Of a stretch of DNA of 64,000 bases, positions 50,318-59,249 are shown piece after piece. Source of the stretch: an uncultured archaeon (GTDB taxonomy: Archaea > Micrarchaeota > Micrarchaeia > Micrarchaeales > CABMGC01); contig CAVSOP010000006.1 in assembly GCA_963729635.1 (NCBI GenBank), forward strand, positions 156,148 through 220,147, read 5' to 3'. The translations under genes were made by a program, and so were the position numbers. Below the pieces are notes generated by a model. The model searched no databases, was not told the origin of the DNA, and was given only the letters and a program-made list of their open reading frames with translations. How positions within the stretch are numbered: position 1 is the first letter of the stretch; each line of letters starts with the position of its first letter.

Positions 50318-51616
50318 TCAGCCTGGCATCGCACCGGTCTTTGGGGTCCTTGCCCACTCCCCCCTTTTCAAGACCATTCCCCTGAAGCTGCCGTACACTA
50401 TGACGGGTATGAGCACAAAGTTCAGGGCCAGCGAAGAGACGCACCATGGCAGTTCGCGGAGCTTGTCCTCCCTGTAAAGTGCGACGGAGCACGCGAAGAA
50501 GAAAGCCAGGGGAAGGTACACCGGCACTACGAAAAGGGTAAATAGGCCTAGCGGGCCGAGCCCGAGTATTAGGCCGCGATCAACGCCCAGGCTCTCGAAG
50601 AGGCCCATGCCTATCAGGAGGGCGAAGGCGCTCAGGACTATCGACATCAGGCCGAACGCACTGTTGAGGGAGCTGAAGCCGTAGAACAGGTAATCGAATT
50701 TCTCCATGGTGGTGGCCTTCTTGCTGCGCAGCAGCCTCGCGGCGTGATTCTTCGTATCGCGAGTTATCCCCTCCGAATATCTCAGCTGCTGCCTCACGAT
50801 GCTGCCGAACCGCGCAGGGCACTCCCCAGGAACGACTATGCCCTCGTCAAAGAACACCTTTCCGCCTCTCTCCGCCAGGCTGCTCGCCAGCGCCCAGTCC
50901 TCCGTTATGGAGGACTCGTCGAAACCGCCGAGCTTGTCTAGCGAAGCCTTTTTGATCATGAATGCGGTGCCGAAGATTGGAATAAAACCGCCGAGTTCCT
51001 TCCTCGCGACGACGTCGACGAGGCAGTAAGACGCGGAGGATACGCGCATGCTCCTGGTGAATACGTTCTGGGACGAATTGAGAGACAGTTCGGAGTAGCC
51101 CTGCACCACATCCACATTATGCTGCGAGAATCTCGATACCATCCTCCACACCAGGTCAGGGTGGGGCACGCAATCCGCATCGAGAATCAGCAGGTACTTG
51201 CCGCCTGGGTTCACGAATCTTAGCGCGTTGTTGAGCGCGCCCGCCTTGAAGCCAGACCTCCAGCTCCTGTGCACTACAGTTATCTTACCCTTATCTCTCC
51301 ACCTTTCGAGGCTGCGCATCGTTGCGCCGTCGGTGGAGTCGTCGGCCACGATCACATCGTAAGAGGGATAGTCGATTCTCGTCACCGCGGAGAGGAGCCT
51401 GTCCACTACCTTCGACTCGTTGTAAGTAGGAAGAAGCAGAGTGACGTGCGGTGCTGCCGCCAGCTTCTCAGGGGACGAATTGTCGCTCTTTTTCTCCGAC
51501 TTGCCGAGCATCAGGGCGATGATGCCGTGTGCGTACACCCTGGTGGCCCAGATCGATACCACAATCGTGGCCACTACCCAAAGGACGGTCTCTATCAGAT
51601 ACGCTCCTATCAGCAT
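50318..51616 (-). CDS. Family 2 glycosyltransferase, processive membrane-embedded type (cellulose/chitin-synthase-like topology)
   Basis: LLPTYNES, VIVADDSTDG, LILDADCV, ITEDWALA, QQLRYSEG (QxxRW-like), flanked by TM helices. Confidence 0.8.
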   Translation of the reverse strand: MLIGAYLIETVLWVVATIVVSIWATRVYAHGIIALMLGKSEKKSDNSSPEKLAAAPHVTLLLPTYNESKVVDRLLSAVTRIDYPSYDVIVADDSTDGATMRSLERWRDKGKITVVHRSWRSGFKAGALNNALRFVNPGGKYLLILDADCVPHPDLVWRMVSRFSQHNVDVVQGYSELSLNSSQNVFTRSMRVSSASYCLVDVVARKELGGFIPIFGTAFMIKKASLDKLGGFDESSITEDWALASSLAERGGKVFFDEGIVVPGECPARFGSIVRQQLRYSEGITRDTKNHAARLLRSKKATTMEKFDYLFYGFSSLNSAFGLMSIVLSAFALLIGMGLFESLGVDRGLILGLGPLGLFTLFVVPVYLPLAFFFACSVALYREDKLRELPWCVSSLALNFVLIPVIVYGSFRGMVLKRGEWARTPKTGAMPG

Positions 51617-51679
51617 ACCATAGGAGTTGCAATTTAGCTAATATAAAGTTTGGGAACGGCACCAGATGGCGTTGCCTGC

Positions 51680-54121
51680 TCAGGCCGTGGCGCTGGGCAC
51701 GACTACTGGTTCTCCGGCAGCGTCACCCATGACCCTGGCGGCTATCACTTTCGCTCCCGGCGCGAGCTTCATCAGCCTGACTCCGCTCGCGGACCTGCCG
51801 GTTATCCTTATAGATGCTATCGGGATAGTTATGCTCACTCCGGAGGAGTTCATGAGGAGTAGCCCCTTGGCCTCGCTGTCCACGAAGAGCGACCTCGCGA
51901 CCGGGCCGGTCTTGTCGTTGACCCTCATGTTTATCACTCCTCCGCCTCCCCTGCCTTGTATGCGGTACCTGGTGACCTCAGTTATCTTCCCGTAGCCCTT
52001 GTCGGAAACGGTCAGCAGGCTTCCAGACTCGCTCGCGGCTATGACGTTCTTGGAGATGTCATCGCCGTGGAGCCTTATTCCCCTCACTCCGGCTGCAGAC
52101 CTTCCGAGCGTCCTGACGCTGGCTTCTTTGAACTTTATTGCCTTACCGTTCCTCGTCGTGACTATGACAAACTCCTCTTTCTTGTACACGACAGTGTCGG
52201 CTATGGTGTCGCCTTGCCGGAGAGTTATCGCCCTGACTCCAGTAGATCTCGGCTTCGCGAAGAGAGACGCGCTGATCTTCTTTACGAGTCCCTTGCTCGT
52301 TAGGAAGAAGATCTTCGAGTTGGCGAAGTCCTTTATGTTGAACATAGTCACCACCTTCTCTCCCTCGAGGTTGAGCAGGTTCGCCACCGACCTACCCTCT
52401 GAGTATCTCGACCCCTCGGGCACGTTGTACGCCTTTAGCCAGTATATCCTTCCCTGATCGGTGATGAACAGGACGTAGTCCTTGTTCTTTGCGGTGGTCA
52501 CGTGCTTGACGAAGTCCCCTTCCTTGAGGTTCATGGCTATGACACCCCTGCCGCCCCTCTCCTGCTCGTGATAGTTCGTTATGTTGAGCCTCTTGACGTA
52601 CCCCGAATTGGTGAGTATAAGCGTGACCGGCTCGTCACTTATGAGATCCTCGTCCTCTATGCCCGCGAACTCGTCTATGAACTGTATCTCGGTCCTCCTG
52701 GGCCTTGCGTACTTCCTCCGTATCTCAAGCGTCTCCGCTTTTATGATGCTGTCGACCTTCGCCGGGTCCGCCAGGATTCCTGAGTAGTGCGTTATCTTGC
52801 CCTCGAGTTCCGCCTTCTCTTTGTTCAGGGAGTCGTTCTCCAACCGCGTTATCCTGCTGAGCTTCATGTCAAGAATCGCGTTCGCCTGCTTCTCGGTCAG
52901 GCCGAACCCAGACATCAGGCCCTTCCTCGCTTCCGAGACCTCCGCGCTCTCCTTTATCGCCTTGATTATCGCATCTATGTTAGTAATCGCTATGAGCAGC
53001 CCGTCGACCAGATGGAGCCTTTCCTTGGCCACATTCAGCTCGTACATGCTCCTCCGGGTGACCACGTCTCTCCTGTGAGCCACGAAGGCGGAGAGCAACT
53101 GCAGGACATTCATGCTCCTCAGAGTCTTCCCCAACACGGCGAGGCTGTTTATCGGGAAAGTGACCTCAAGCTGAGTATGCTTGAAGAGCTGGTTGAGTAT
53201 CTGCTGCGGGTTGACTCCCTCCTTGAGCTCTATCACCACGCTTATGCCGTGCCTGTCGCTCTCGTCCCTTATGTCACGTATCCCTATTATCTTCTTGTCC
53301 CTGGCGAGGTGCGCGACGGTCTCCACGAAGGTCGCCTTGTTGACGTTGTAAGGCATTTCCGATACGATTATCCTGTTCTTCTTCTCGTCTATGCTGGTCT
53401 TGGCCTTTATGTGGAGCTGGCCCTTCCCGAACTTGTAGCCGTTGAGGGCGTTGCCAGACATTATGGCGATGCCGCCTGTGGGGAAGTCGGGCCCCTTGAT
53501 TATCTTTAGCAGGTCGTCGACGGTGGTGTCCTTGTTGTCCAGGATCTGGGCGACCGCGTCGCAGATCTCGCCCAGGTTGTGTGGAGGCACGCTCGTGGCG
53601 ACACCGACTGCAATACCTGCAGCGCCGTTGACCAGCAGATTTGGGAAAGCAGACGGTAGGAGCTCCGGCTCCTCCTCGGTGTTATCGAAATTAGGTATGA
53701 AGTTGACTGTCTTCTTATCCAGGTCGTTGAGCAGCTCCTCGGCCATCTTGGTGAGCCTGACCTCAGTGTACCTCATGGCTGCAGGAGGGTCGCCGTCCAT
53801 GGAGCCGAAGTTGCCCTGGCCTTCGACGAGCAGGTGGTTCATCGCGAAGTCCTGCGCCATCCTGACCATTGTGTCGTAGATCGCCGCGTCGCCGTGGGGG
53901 TGGAACTTTCCCATGACCTCTCCGACGATCTTGGCGCTCTTTTTAGTCGGTTGGCTGTGCAGGTTGTTGATGTTGTACATCCCGTAGAGTATCCTCCTCT
54001 GGACTGGCTTCAGGCCGTCCCTAACGTCAGGTATGGCTCTGCTTATGATCACACTCATTGCGTAGTCGATGTAACTCGACTGCAGCTCCTCCTCCAGGTT
54101 TACTATATTGACCTTTGACAC
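51680..54121 (-). CDS. gyrA: DNA gyrase subunit A
   Basis: Intact 813-aa ORF: YAMSVIISRAIPDVRDGLKPVQRRILYGM, HPHGDAAIYDTMVRMAQDF, and a C-terminal beta-pinwheel repeat region. Confidence 0.95.
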   Translation of the reverse strand: MSKVNIVNLEEELQSSYIDYAMSVIISRAIPDVRDGLKPVQRRILYGMYNINNLHSQPTKKSAKIVGEVMGKFHPHGDAAIYDTMVRMAQDFAMNHLLVEGQGNFGSMDGDPPAAMRYTEVRLTKMAEELLNDLDKKTVNFIPNFDNTEEEPELLPSAFPNLLVNGAAGIAVGVATSVPPHNLGEICDAVAQILDNKDTTVDDLLKIIKGPDFPTGGIAIMSGNALNGYKFGKGQLHIKAKTSIDEKKNRIIVSEMPYNVNKATFVETVAHLARDKKIIGIRDIRDESDRHGISVVIELKEGVNPQQILNQLFKHTQLEVTFPINSLAVLGKTLRSMNVLQLLSAFVAHRRDVVTRRSMYELNVAKERLHLVDGLLIAITNIDAIIKAIKESAEVSEARKGLMSGFGLTEKQANAILDMKLSRITRLENDSLNKEKAELEGKITHYSGILADPAKVDSIIKAETLEIRRKYARPRRTEIQFIDEFAGIEDEDLISDEPVTLILTNSGYVKRLNITNYHEQERGGRGVIAMNLKEGDFVKHVTTAKNKDYVLFITDQGRIYWLKAYNVPEGSRYSEGRSVANLLNLEGEKVVTMFNIKDFANSKIFFLTSKGLVKKISASLFAKPRSTGVRAITLRQGDTIADTVVYKKEEFVIVTTRNGKAIKFKEASVRTLGRSAAGVRGIRLHGDDISKNVIAASESGSLLTVSDKGYGKITEVTRYRIQGRGGGGVINMRVNDKTGPVARSLFVDSEAKGLLLMNSSGVSITIPIASIRITGRSASGVRLMKLAPGAKVIAARVMGDAAGEPVVVPSATA

Positions 54122-54130
54122 GGGACCACA

Positions 54131-56044
54131 CTACACGTCCAGAAACTTCACGTCGCCTGCATGTTCCTCCAGAAACTTCCTCCTTGGCGCGACGTCCATC
54201 CCCATGAGTATCACGAAGAGGCTGTTCGCCTTCTCGGCGTCGAATATCTTGATCTGCTTGAGCACCCTCTTCTCAGGCGACATGGTCGTCTCCCAGAGCT
54301 GCTCGGGATTCATCTCTCCGAGACCCTTGTACCTCTGCACCTCGAGCTTCCCGCCGAACTTCGCCCTGACGCTCTCCAGCTCATCGTCGGTGTAACAATA
54401 GGTCACCTCCTTGCCTGCCGTCGCCTTGTACAAGGGGGGCTGGGCGGCATAGACGTAGCCGAGCTCTATGAGTCTCTTCATATATCTGTAGAAGAAAGTC
54501 AGCAGCAGCGTCCTGATGTGGCTGCCGTCCACGTCCGCGTCGCTCATTATGATTATCTTGTGGTACCTCGCCTTCTCGGCGTTGAAGTGCTCCTTTATGC
54601 CGGTACCCAGTGCGGTCACCAGAGTGTTCAGCTCAACGTTCTCGAAGATCCTCTCGTCGCTGGCCTTCTCCACATTCAGGATCTTGCCCTTCAGTGGGAG
54701 GATCGCCTGGATGTTCTTGTCCCTCCCCTGCTTGCTGGATCCGCCTGCGCTCTCTCCCTCCACTATGAAGATTTCGGCCTTTGCCGGGTCGTCAAGTATG
54801 CAGTCGGAGAGCTTGCCTGGCAGCACTGCGCTCTCGAAAACGCTCCTCTTCCTGGCGAGGTCCCTGGCCTTCCTGGCGCTCTCCCTGGCGTTCATGGCGT
54901 TCATGACCTTCTCAACTATGCGTCGCGCGTCGGCGGGATGCTCCTCCAAGTACCTGGAGAGCGTGGAGTAGACGGCGGTCTCTACCATGTTCTTCATCTC
55001 AGTGTTGCCGAGCTTCTCCTTGGTCTGGCCCTCGAACTCGGGATTCTGCATCATGACCTCGAGCACGGTGGTGAGACCCTCACGCGTGTCGTCGCCAGTT
55101 ATCTTCGGCCCGCTGATGTTGTTCTTGCTGTTCTTCGCGATATAGTTGAGGATCGCCCTGGTCAGCCCAGAACGGAAGCCCACCACGTGGGTTCCTCCTC
55201 CGTTCGTCTTTATGTTGTTCACGAAGGACTCCATCCTCTCGTCGTACGACCCAGTGTACTGGAGAGCGAAGTCGACGACTACTGCGCCCTCCTCCTTCCT
55301 GGTGTGCAGGATGTTGCCTATCGTCTGCTGGTCGCGGTTTATGTACGCCACGAAGTCCTCAATACCCTTCTCAGAGAAGAACAGGGTCTCCTCGTGGGCG
55401 TTGAACCTGTCATCCACGAGCTTTATGCGGAGACCTGGATTGAGGAAGGCGGTGTACCTGAGCCTCTCCTTAAGCGAAATCGAATCAAAGGCTGGTGAGG
55501 GGAATATCTCCGGGTCGGGCTTGAACTTTAGTGTGGTCCCGGCTCCTGTGTTGTCGCCCACCACGGCAAGCTCGGACGTAGGCAGGCCTTTGGAAAAAGA
55601 CTGCGTGTATTCCTTGCCTCCCTTCCTCACCCTGACCTCTGTGAACTCGGAGAGCGCGTTGACGACAGTGAGGCCCACGCCGTGGAGACCTCCCGATACC
55701 TTGTAGACCTCGTTGTCGAACTTCGCCCCTTTGTGGAGCGTGGTCATTATTACTTCGAGCGCGCTTTTTCCGTAGCTGGGCATCAGATCTATGGGTATTC
55801 CCCTGCCGTTATCGCTCACTTCCGCGACGTCGCCGGTCTCGGTCTGCGTGAGCCTGATCTCTATGTCCTTGGCGTATCCTCCGAGGGCCTCGTCCACGGA
55901 GTTGTCGAATACCTCGAAAAGCAGATGGACGACCCCGGCCGTCCCGGTAGAGCCTATGTACATCGCGGGTCTCTTTCGGACTCCCTGCGCTCCCTCCAAG
56001 ACAATTATCTTGGATGCGTTATACTCATCCGACAGTTCTACCAT
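54131..56044 (-). CDS. gyrB: DNA gyrase subunit B
   Basis: Intact 637-aa ORF: LEGAQGVRKRPAMYIGST, HLLFEVFDNSVDEA, GGLHGVG, LPGKLSDC, EIFIVEGESAGGS, and Toprim IMSDADVDGSHI. Confidence 0.95.
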   Translation of the reverse strand: MVELSDEYNASKIIVLEGAQGVRKRPAMYIGSTGTAGVVHLLFEVFDNSVDEALGGYAKDIEIRLTQTETGDVAEVSDNGRGIPIDLMPSYGKSALEVIMTTLHKGAKFDNEVYKVSGGLHGVGLTVVNALSEFTEVRVRKGGKEYTQSFSKGLPTSELAVVGDNTGAGTTLKFKPDPEIFPSPAFDSISLKERLRYTAFLNPGLRIKLVDDRFNAHEETLFFSEKGIEDFVAYINRDQQTIGNILHTRKEEGAVVVDFALQYTGSYDERMESFVNNIKTNGGGTHVVGFRSGLTRAILNYIAKNSKNNISGPKITGDDTREGLTTVLEVMMQNPEFEGQTKEKLGNTEMKNMVETAVYSTLSRYLEEHPADARRIVEKVMNAMNARESARKARDLARKRSVFESAVLPGKLSDCILDDPAKAEIFIVEGESAGGSSKQGRDKNIQAILPLKGKILNVEKASDERIFENVELNTLVTALGTGIKEHFNAEKARYHKIIIMSDADVDGSHIRTLLLTFFYRYMKRLIELGYVYAAQPPLYKATAGKEVTYCYTDDELESVRAKFGGKLEVQRYKGLGEMNPEQLWETTMSPEKRVLKQIKIFDAEKANSLFVILMGMDVAPRRKFLEEHAGDVKFLDV

Positions 56045-56417
56045 GGAAATCAGTCGCCCTTCCCGCTATTATATTGCGATTCAATCCTTATAAAGCTTTT
56101 GAGAGGGCTTTGTCGTCATAAAACTACGTATACAAGCCAGGAGAATCGTGCGTGAAAAGGTGTGCGGCCAAAAGTGCCCGCGTGCAATCTGAAAACGAGT
56201 CATAAATGTTGGCCGTTTGTCCAGTTCTGGATTGCCATGGCTGCTAAAAAGATAAGTTTATTGGGCGCCGCGGTGGTGGTTAGCGCGAAGACCCACGGTA
56301 TGGGAACGGACAAGAAGACGTTCAATAATAGTGCAGGTATCGCATAGGATAGAACCGGGAGGCGGAGCGCCAGACGAAGAGCTTAAAAAGTTCGCCGAAC
56401 AATGAATAGAGCACTCG

Positions 56418-56492
56418 GGGCCTGTAACTCAGCTTGGTCAGAGTGGCTGGCTCTTAACCAGCAAGCCGTGGGTTCAAATCCCACCGGGCCCG
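56418..56492 (+). tRNA. tRNA-Lys (CUU)
   Basis: Acceptor GGGCCTG/CGGGCCC, D arm ACTC..GAGT, anticodon stem GCTGG/CCAGC with loop CT-CTT-AA, T arm GTGGG-TTCAAAT-CCCAC. Confidence 0.9.
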
Positions 56493-56631
56493 TAAGTCAC
56501 AGTATCTGCTTAAACGAAACAATAGAATTGTTTAAATATCACGGAACACATAATATGTATGGCGACAGGGGTTGCGCACGGGTTCATGCGCAGTCATTTT
56601 ATGACTTCTTTCCAAAACGGTCGCGTGGTGT

Positions 56632-57381
56632 ATGTTTATGCAAAACAAGAAGTTCTCTCATTCTAAGTCGAAGAAAACTGTGAAAGTCGCTCCTGAGAGG
56701 AAGGCCGTGAAGGCCAGGGCAAAGGCAGGAAAGCCGAAGGCACACGTTCCGAAGAGGACGGCAGCGCCAAAGACGGTTCAGGTCAAGAAACTGGGCGTTA
56801 GGGCTCAGGCCAAGAAGCTTAGCCTTGAGAAGATGAAGGCCGCGGCCGTCGTGGCCCTCGAGAGGAAGAAAGCCGAGCAAAACATGATCGGCGAGATCAT
56901 AGAGAGGGCTTCCTTCTCGGAGTTCATGTCCCAGAACATAGGCAAGAGGGCCGGTGAGATAATAAAGCTCATACACGACCCGCAGACGGACGAGCAGATA
57001 GCGGCCACGTTGGGCATGAAGATAAACGAGGCTAGGAGAATCCTGAACGTTCTTAGCAGCTATGGGGTCGCGAGGTACGACGCCAACAAAGATAGCAAGG
57101 GCTGGCTGACGTTCGAGTGGTACCTGGACAGCGAGAAGCTCGCCGAACTCGACAACACCATTGCGACAAAGAAGCCCGAGAGCGCCTACGCACTTCCGGA
57201 GAACTGCAACGACTTCTTCTACTGCTCGAAGTGTTATGACGAGCAGAAGATGATTCTGCCCTTCGATGCGGCGTTCGAGAACCAGTTCAAGTGCGACGGC
57301 TGCGGAAGCAAGCTGAAGCAACTCAGCAGGAGCGAGGCCACGTCCCTGTTCGAGCAGGAGGCGGCGCCAGCCCCTGAATAA
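56632..57381 (+). CDS. tfe: Transcription factor E (TFE-alpha) with a lysine/alanine-rich N-terminal extension
   Basis: Winged helix (..AGEIIKLIHDPQTDEQIAATLGMKINEARRILNVLSSYGVARY..GWLTFEWYL) plus zinc ribbon (FFYCSKCYDE...FKCDGCGSKL). The first 85 or so aa are K/A/P-rich (KSKKTVKVAPERKAVKARAKAGKPKAHVPKR...). Confidence 0.8.
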   Translation: MFMQNKKFSHSKSKKTVKVAPERKAVKARAKAGKPKAHVPKRTAAPKTVQVKKLGVRAQAKKLSLEKMKAAAVVALERKKAEQNMIGEIIERASFSEFMSQNIGKRAGEIIKLIHDPQTDEQIAATLGMKINEARRILNVLSSYGVARYDANKDSKGWLTFEWYLDSEKLAELDNTIATKKPESAYALPENCNDFFYCSKCYDEQKMILPFDAAFENQFKCDGCGSKLKQLSRSEATSLFEQEAAPAPE

Positions 57382-57416
57382 AGCTTTAATAGTTTGAGAT
57401 GCCTATTGTATAGCGA

Positions 57417-57577
57417 AGCGAGGTAGGGTAGCCTGGAGTACCCGTCGGGCTCATAATAGTCGCGATTCGCCAGCTCGGCGCATCGGTATTGGGCAAAGAA
57501 GGACGTCCGTCCCGGACGGCGTCTTTTGCTGCGAATGGGAAACCCGAAGACCGGAGGTCCAAATCCTCCCCTCGCTA
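57417..57577 (+). tRNA. Initiator tRNA-Met (CAU) with an 86-nt intron at position 37/38
   Basis: Acceptor AGCGAGG/CCTCGCT gives the A1-U72 pair. The anticodon stem TCGGG/CCCGA has three consecutive G-C pairs, with loop CT-CAT-AA. T arm GGAGG-TCCAAAT-CCTCC. The exons are separated by 57456..57541, which contains a strong GACGTCCGTCC/GGACGGCGTC hairpin. Confidence 0.8.
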
Positions 57578-57587
57578 TGACCCTACA

Positions 57588-57689
57588 GTTCCACTATTCG
57601 TGTGTTATTGTCTTATTATATATATAATCATTCATAAAAACAAACAAATAACAGAAAACCCCGAAAAAAACAAAAATAATAGTGGAAAC
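57588..57689. repeat. Inverted repeat (GTTCCACTAT / ATAGTGGAAAC) flanking an approximately 80-bp, approximately 78% A+T spacer
   Basis: The arms are at 57588-57597 and 57679-57689 (10/11 match with a 1-nt indel). The half-sites resemble the TTCCA/TGGAA core of archaeal ORB elements. Located between the initiator tRNA and gins. Confidence 0.35.
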
Positions 57690-57711
57690 CCACACCCCCT
57701 TTGGTGTCAAA

Positions 57712-58197
57712 ATGTCCTTGCAAATAACTACAGAAATGCTTTTTACAAGGCTGAACGAAGAAAAAAGCAAGGGCGAACTCATCCCTTTGCAGAAGGAATT
57801 CTACACAGCAACCACAGAATTTACGAAGACGCTGGAAGTGGGAACTGAAAACGACCCTGGGCAAAGGCAGGCCGAGAACACAAGAAGACTTATTGAAAAC
57901 CTGAAGGAAAAGAGGAGGCAGAAGCTCCTGATCTACTTGGCATATGAAAAACCACTCCCCCATCCCATACCCGAAGAGGAAGAAGCTTTATATAACAAAA
58001 TACGCAAAATACTGAATGGGAGCGAAGAGAAGGGCTCCGTCGCAACTGTAAAGATAACTGCGGACATCCCCGAAGTCTTCACCTCGGAAGGCAGGAAGAT
58101 AGGCCCCTACAAGCAGGGGGAGATAGTAGAGGTGCCGAACAGCGGCGACATTGAATTCATGGTAAAGAACAAAATAGGCGAACCCATAACACAGTGA
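57712..58197 (+). CDS. GINS complex subunit (Gins51-type)
   Basis: 161 aa. The N-terminal A-domain has LIPLQKEFYTATTEF...AENTRRLIENLKEKRRQKLL...EEEALYNKIRKIL. The C-terminal B-domain has VKITADIPEVFTSEGRKIGPYKQGEIVEVPNSGDIEFMVKNKIGEPI. Confidence 0.7.
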   Translation: MSLQITTEMLFTRLNEEKSKGELIPLQKEFYTATTEFTKTLEVGTENDPGQRQAENTRRLIENLKEKRRQKLLIYLAYEKPLPHPIPEEEEALYNKIRKILNGSEEKGSVATVKITADIPEVFTSEGRKIGPYKQGEIVEVPNSGDIEFMVKNKIGEPITQ

Positions 58198-58201
58198 TCT
58201 C

Positions 58202-58483
58202 ATGAAGATAGAAAGCGAAATCAACACATATTGCCCTTATTGCGCTAAACACACAGAGCACAAGGTCAAGTATACTTCGAAAGGGGCCCAAAGGGGGCAG
58301 ACAGTCGGAACCAGGAGGCACAACAGGGCCATCAAGGGCTATGTCGGAAGCGCAGAGACGAGGCTCAAGCCCAAGAAGCTGGGCAAGAGGCAGGTCGTGC
58401 TCCTGGAGTGCAAGGTCTGCAAGAAGTCCGTCCAGAGGATCTTCGGGCAGCGGACCAAGAAGAAGATAGAGATAAAGAGGTAA
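58202..58483 (+). CDS. rpl44e: Ribosomal protein L44e (eL42)
   Basis: YCPYCAKHTEHKV...RRHNRAIKGYVG...LLECKVCKKS zinc-ribbon pattern. 93 aa. Confidence 0.9.
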   Translation: MKIESEINTYCPYCAKHTEHKVKYTSKGAQRGQTVGTRRHNRAIKGYVGSAETRLKPKKLGKRQVVLLECKVCKKSVQRIFGQRTKKKIEIKR

Positions 58484-58484
58484 G

Positions 58485-59240
58485 GTGAGACCCCTGATAC
58501 TGCAAAAGAATCTGCCAGACCTCGGCGAGATCGTTCTTGTCAAAATAAACAAAATAATGCCGCACGGCGCGTACTGCAACCTCGTCGAGTACAAGGTCGA
58601 CGCGTACCTGCCGATCGGGGAGATCGCGTCCGGATGGATAAAGAACATCCACGAGCGGATAAAGGAGGGGCAGAGGGACGTCGCCAAGGTAGTTTTCGTC
58701 GATCCCAGCCGCAGGGCGATAGACGTCTCCCTGAAGAAGGTAAGCACTAAGGAGAAGAAGGAGAAGGTCAGCGAGTACACTCTCGAGAAGAGGGCCGAGA
58801 AATTCTTCATTCAGGCCTTGGGTGCCGTGCACAAGGAAGGCAGGGCCGATGAGATAAAGAGGACTCTCTTCCCCAAAGTGCAGACCTACACCGAGCTGCT
58901 CGACCTGGTCTACGAGAACAAGCTAGAGAAGGGCCTCCTCGACGAGGACCTGAAGAGCGCGTTCTACGAGATCGTCTCGAAGAACGTGAAGCCCAAGGTT
59001 TACACCGTCTCCTACACTGTGGAACTCTCCGCATCCAGCGGCAAGGGAAGCATCAAGCAGATAAAGAAGGCGTACGGCGAAGTCGAGAAGCTCGGCGTCA
59101 CAGTGATCTATGAGGGCGCGCCGCACTACAAGATATCAGCGGAAGGCCCGAGCTACGCCGTCGCGGAGGGCAAGATCAAGGAGGCGCAGCAGGTGCTCCA
59201 GAAGTACGCGAACGAATTCGCGATAACAGTCAAGAAATAG
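58485..59240 (+). CDS. eif2a: Translation initiation factor aIF2 alpha subunit
   Basis: GTG start. S1 domain LPDLGEIVLVKINKIMPHGAYCNLVEYK..AYLPIGEIASGWIKNIHERIKEGQ, followed by helical and alpha-beta domains. 251 aa. Confidence 0.85.
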   Translation: MRPLILQKNLPDLGEIVLVKINKIMPHGAYCNLVEYKVDAYLPIGEIASGWIKNIHERIKEGQRDVAKVVFVDPSRRAIDVSLKKVSTKEKKEKVSEYTLEKRAEKFFIQALGAVHKEGRADEIKRTLFPKVQTYTELLDLVYENKLEKGLLDEDLKSAFYEIVSKNVKPKVYTVSYTVELSASSGKGSIKQIKKAYGEVEKLGVTVIYEGAPHYKISAEGPSYAVAEGKIKEAQQVLQKYANEFAITVKK

Positions 59241-59249
59241 AGTGCGCCC

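Noticed and set aside
56262-56385. SRP (7S) RNA, suggested by GGGCGCCGCGGTGG, which resembles the Alu-domain 5' motif.
   Set aside because: The pairable region is only about 120 nt. The conserved domain IV elements (GGAAG...AGCA asymmetric loop, GNAR tetraloop) are absent. It is retained only as a low-confidence unknown RNA.
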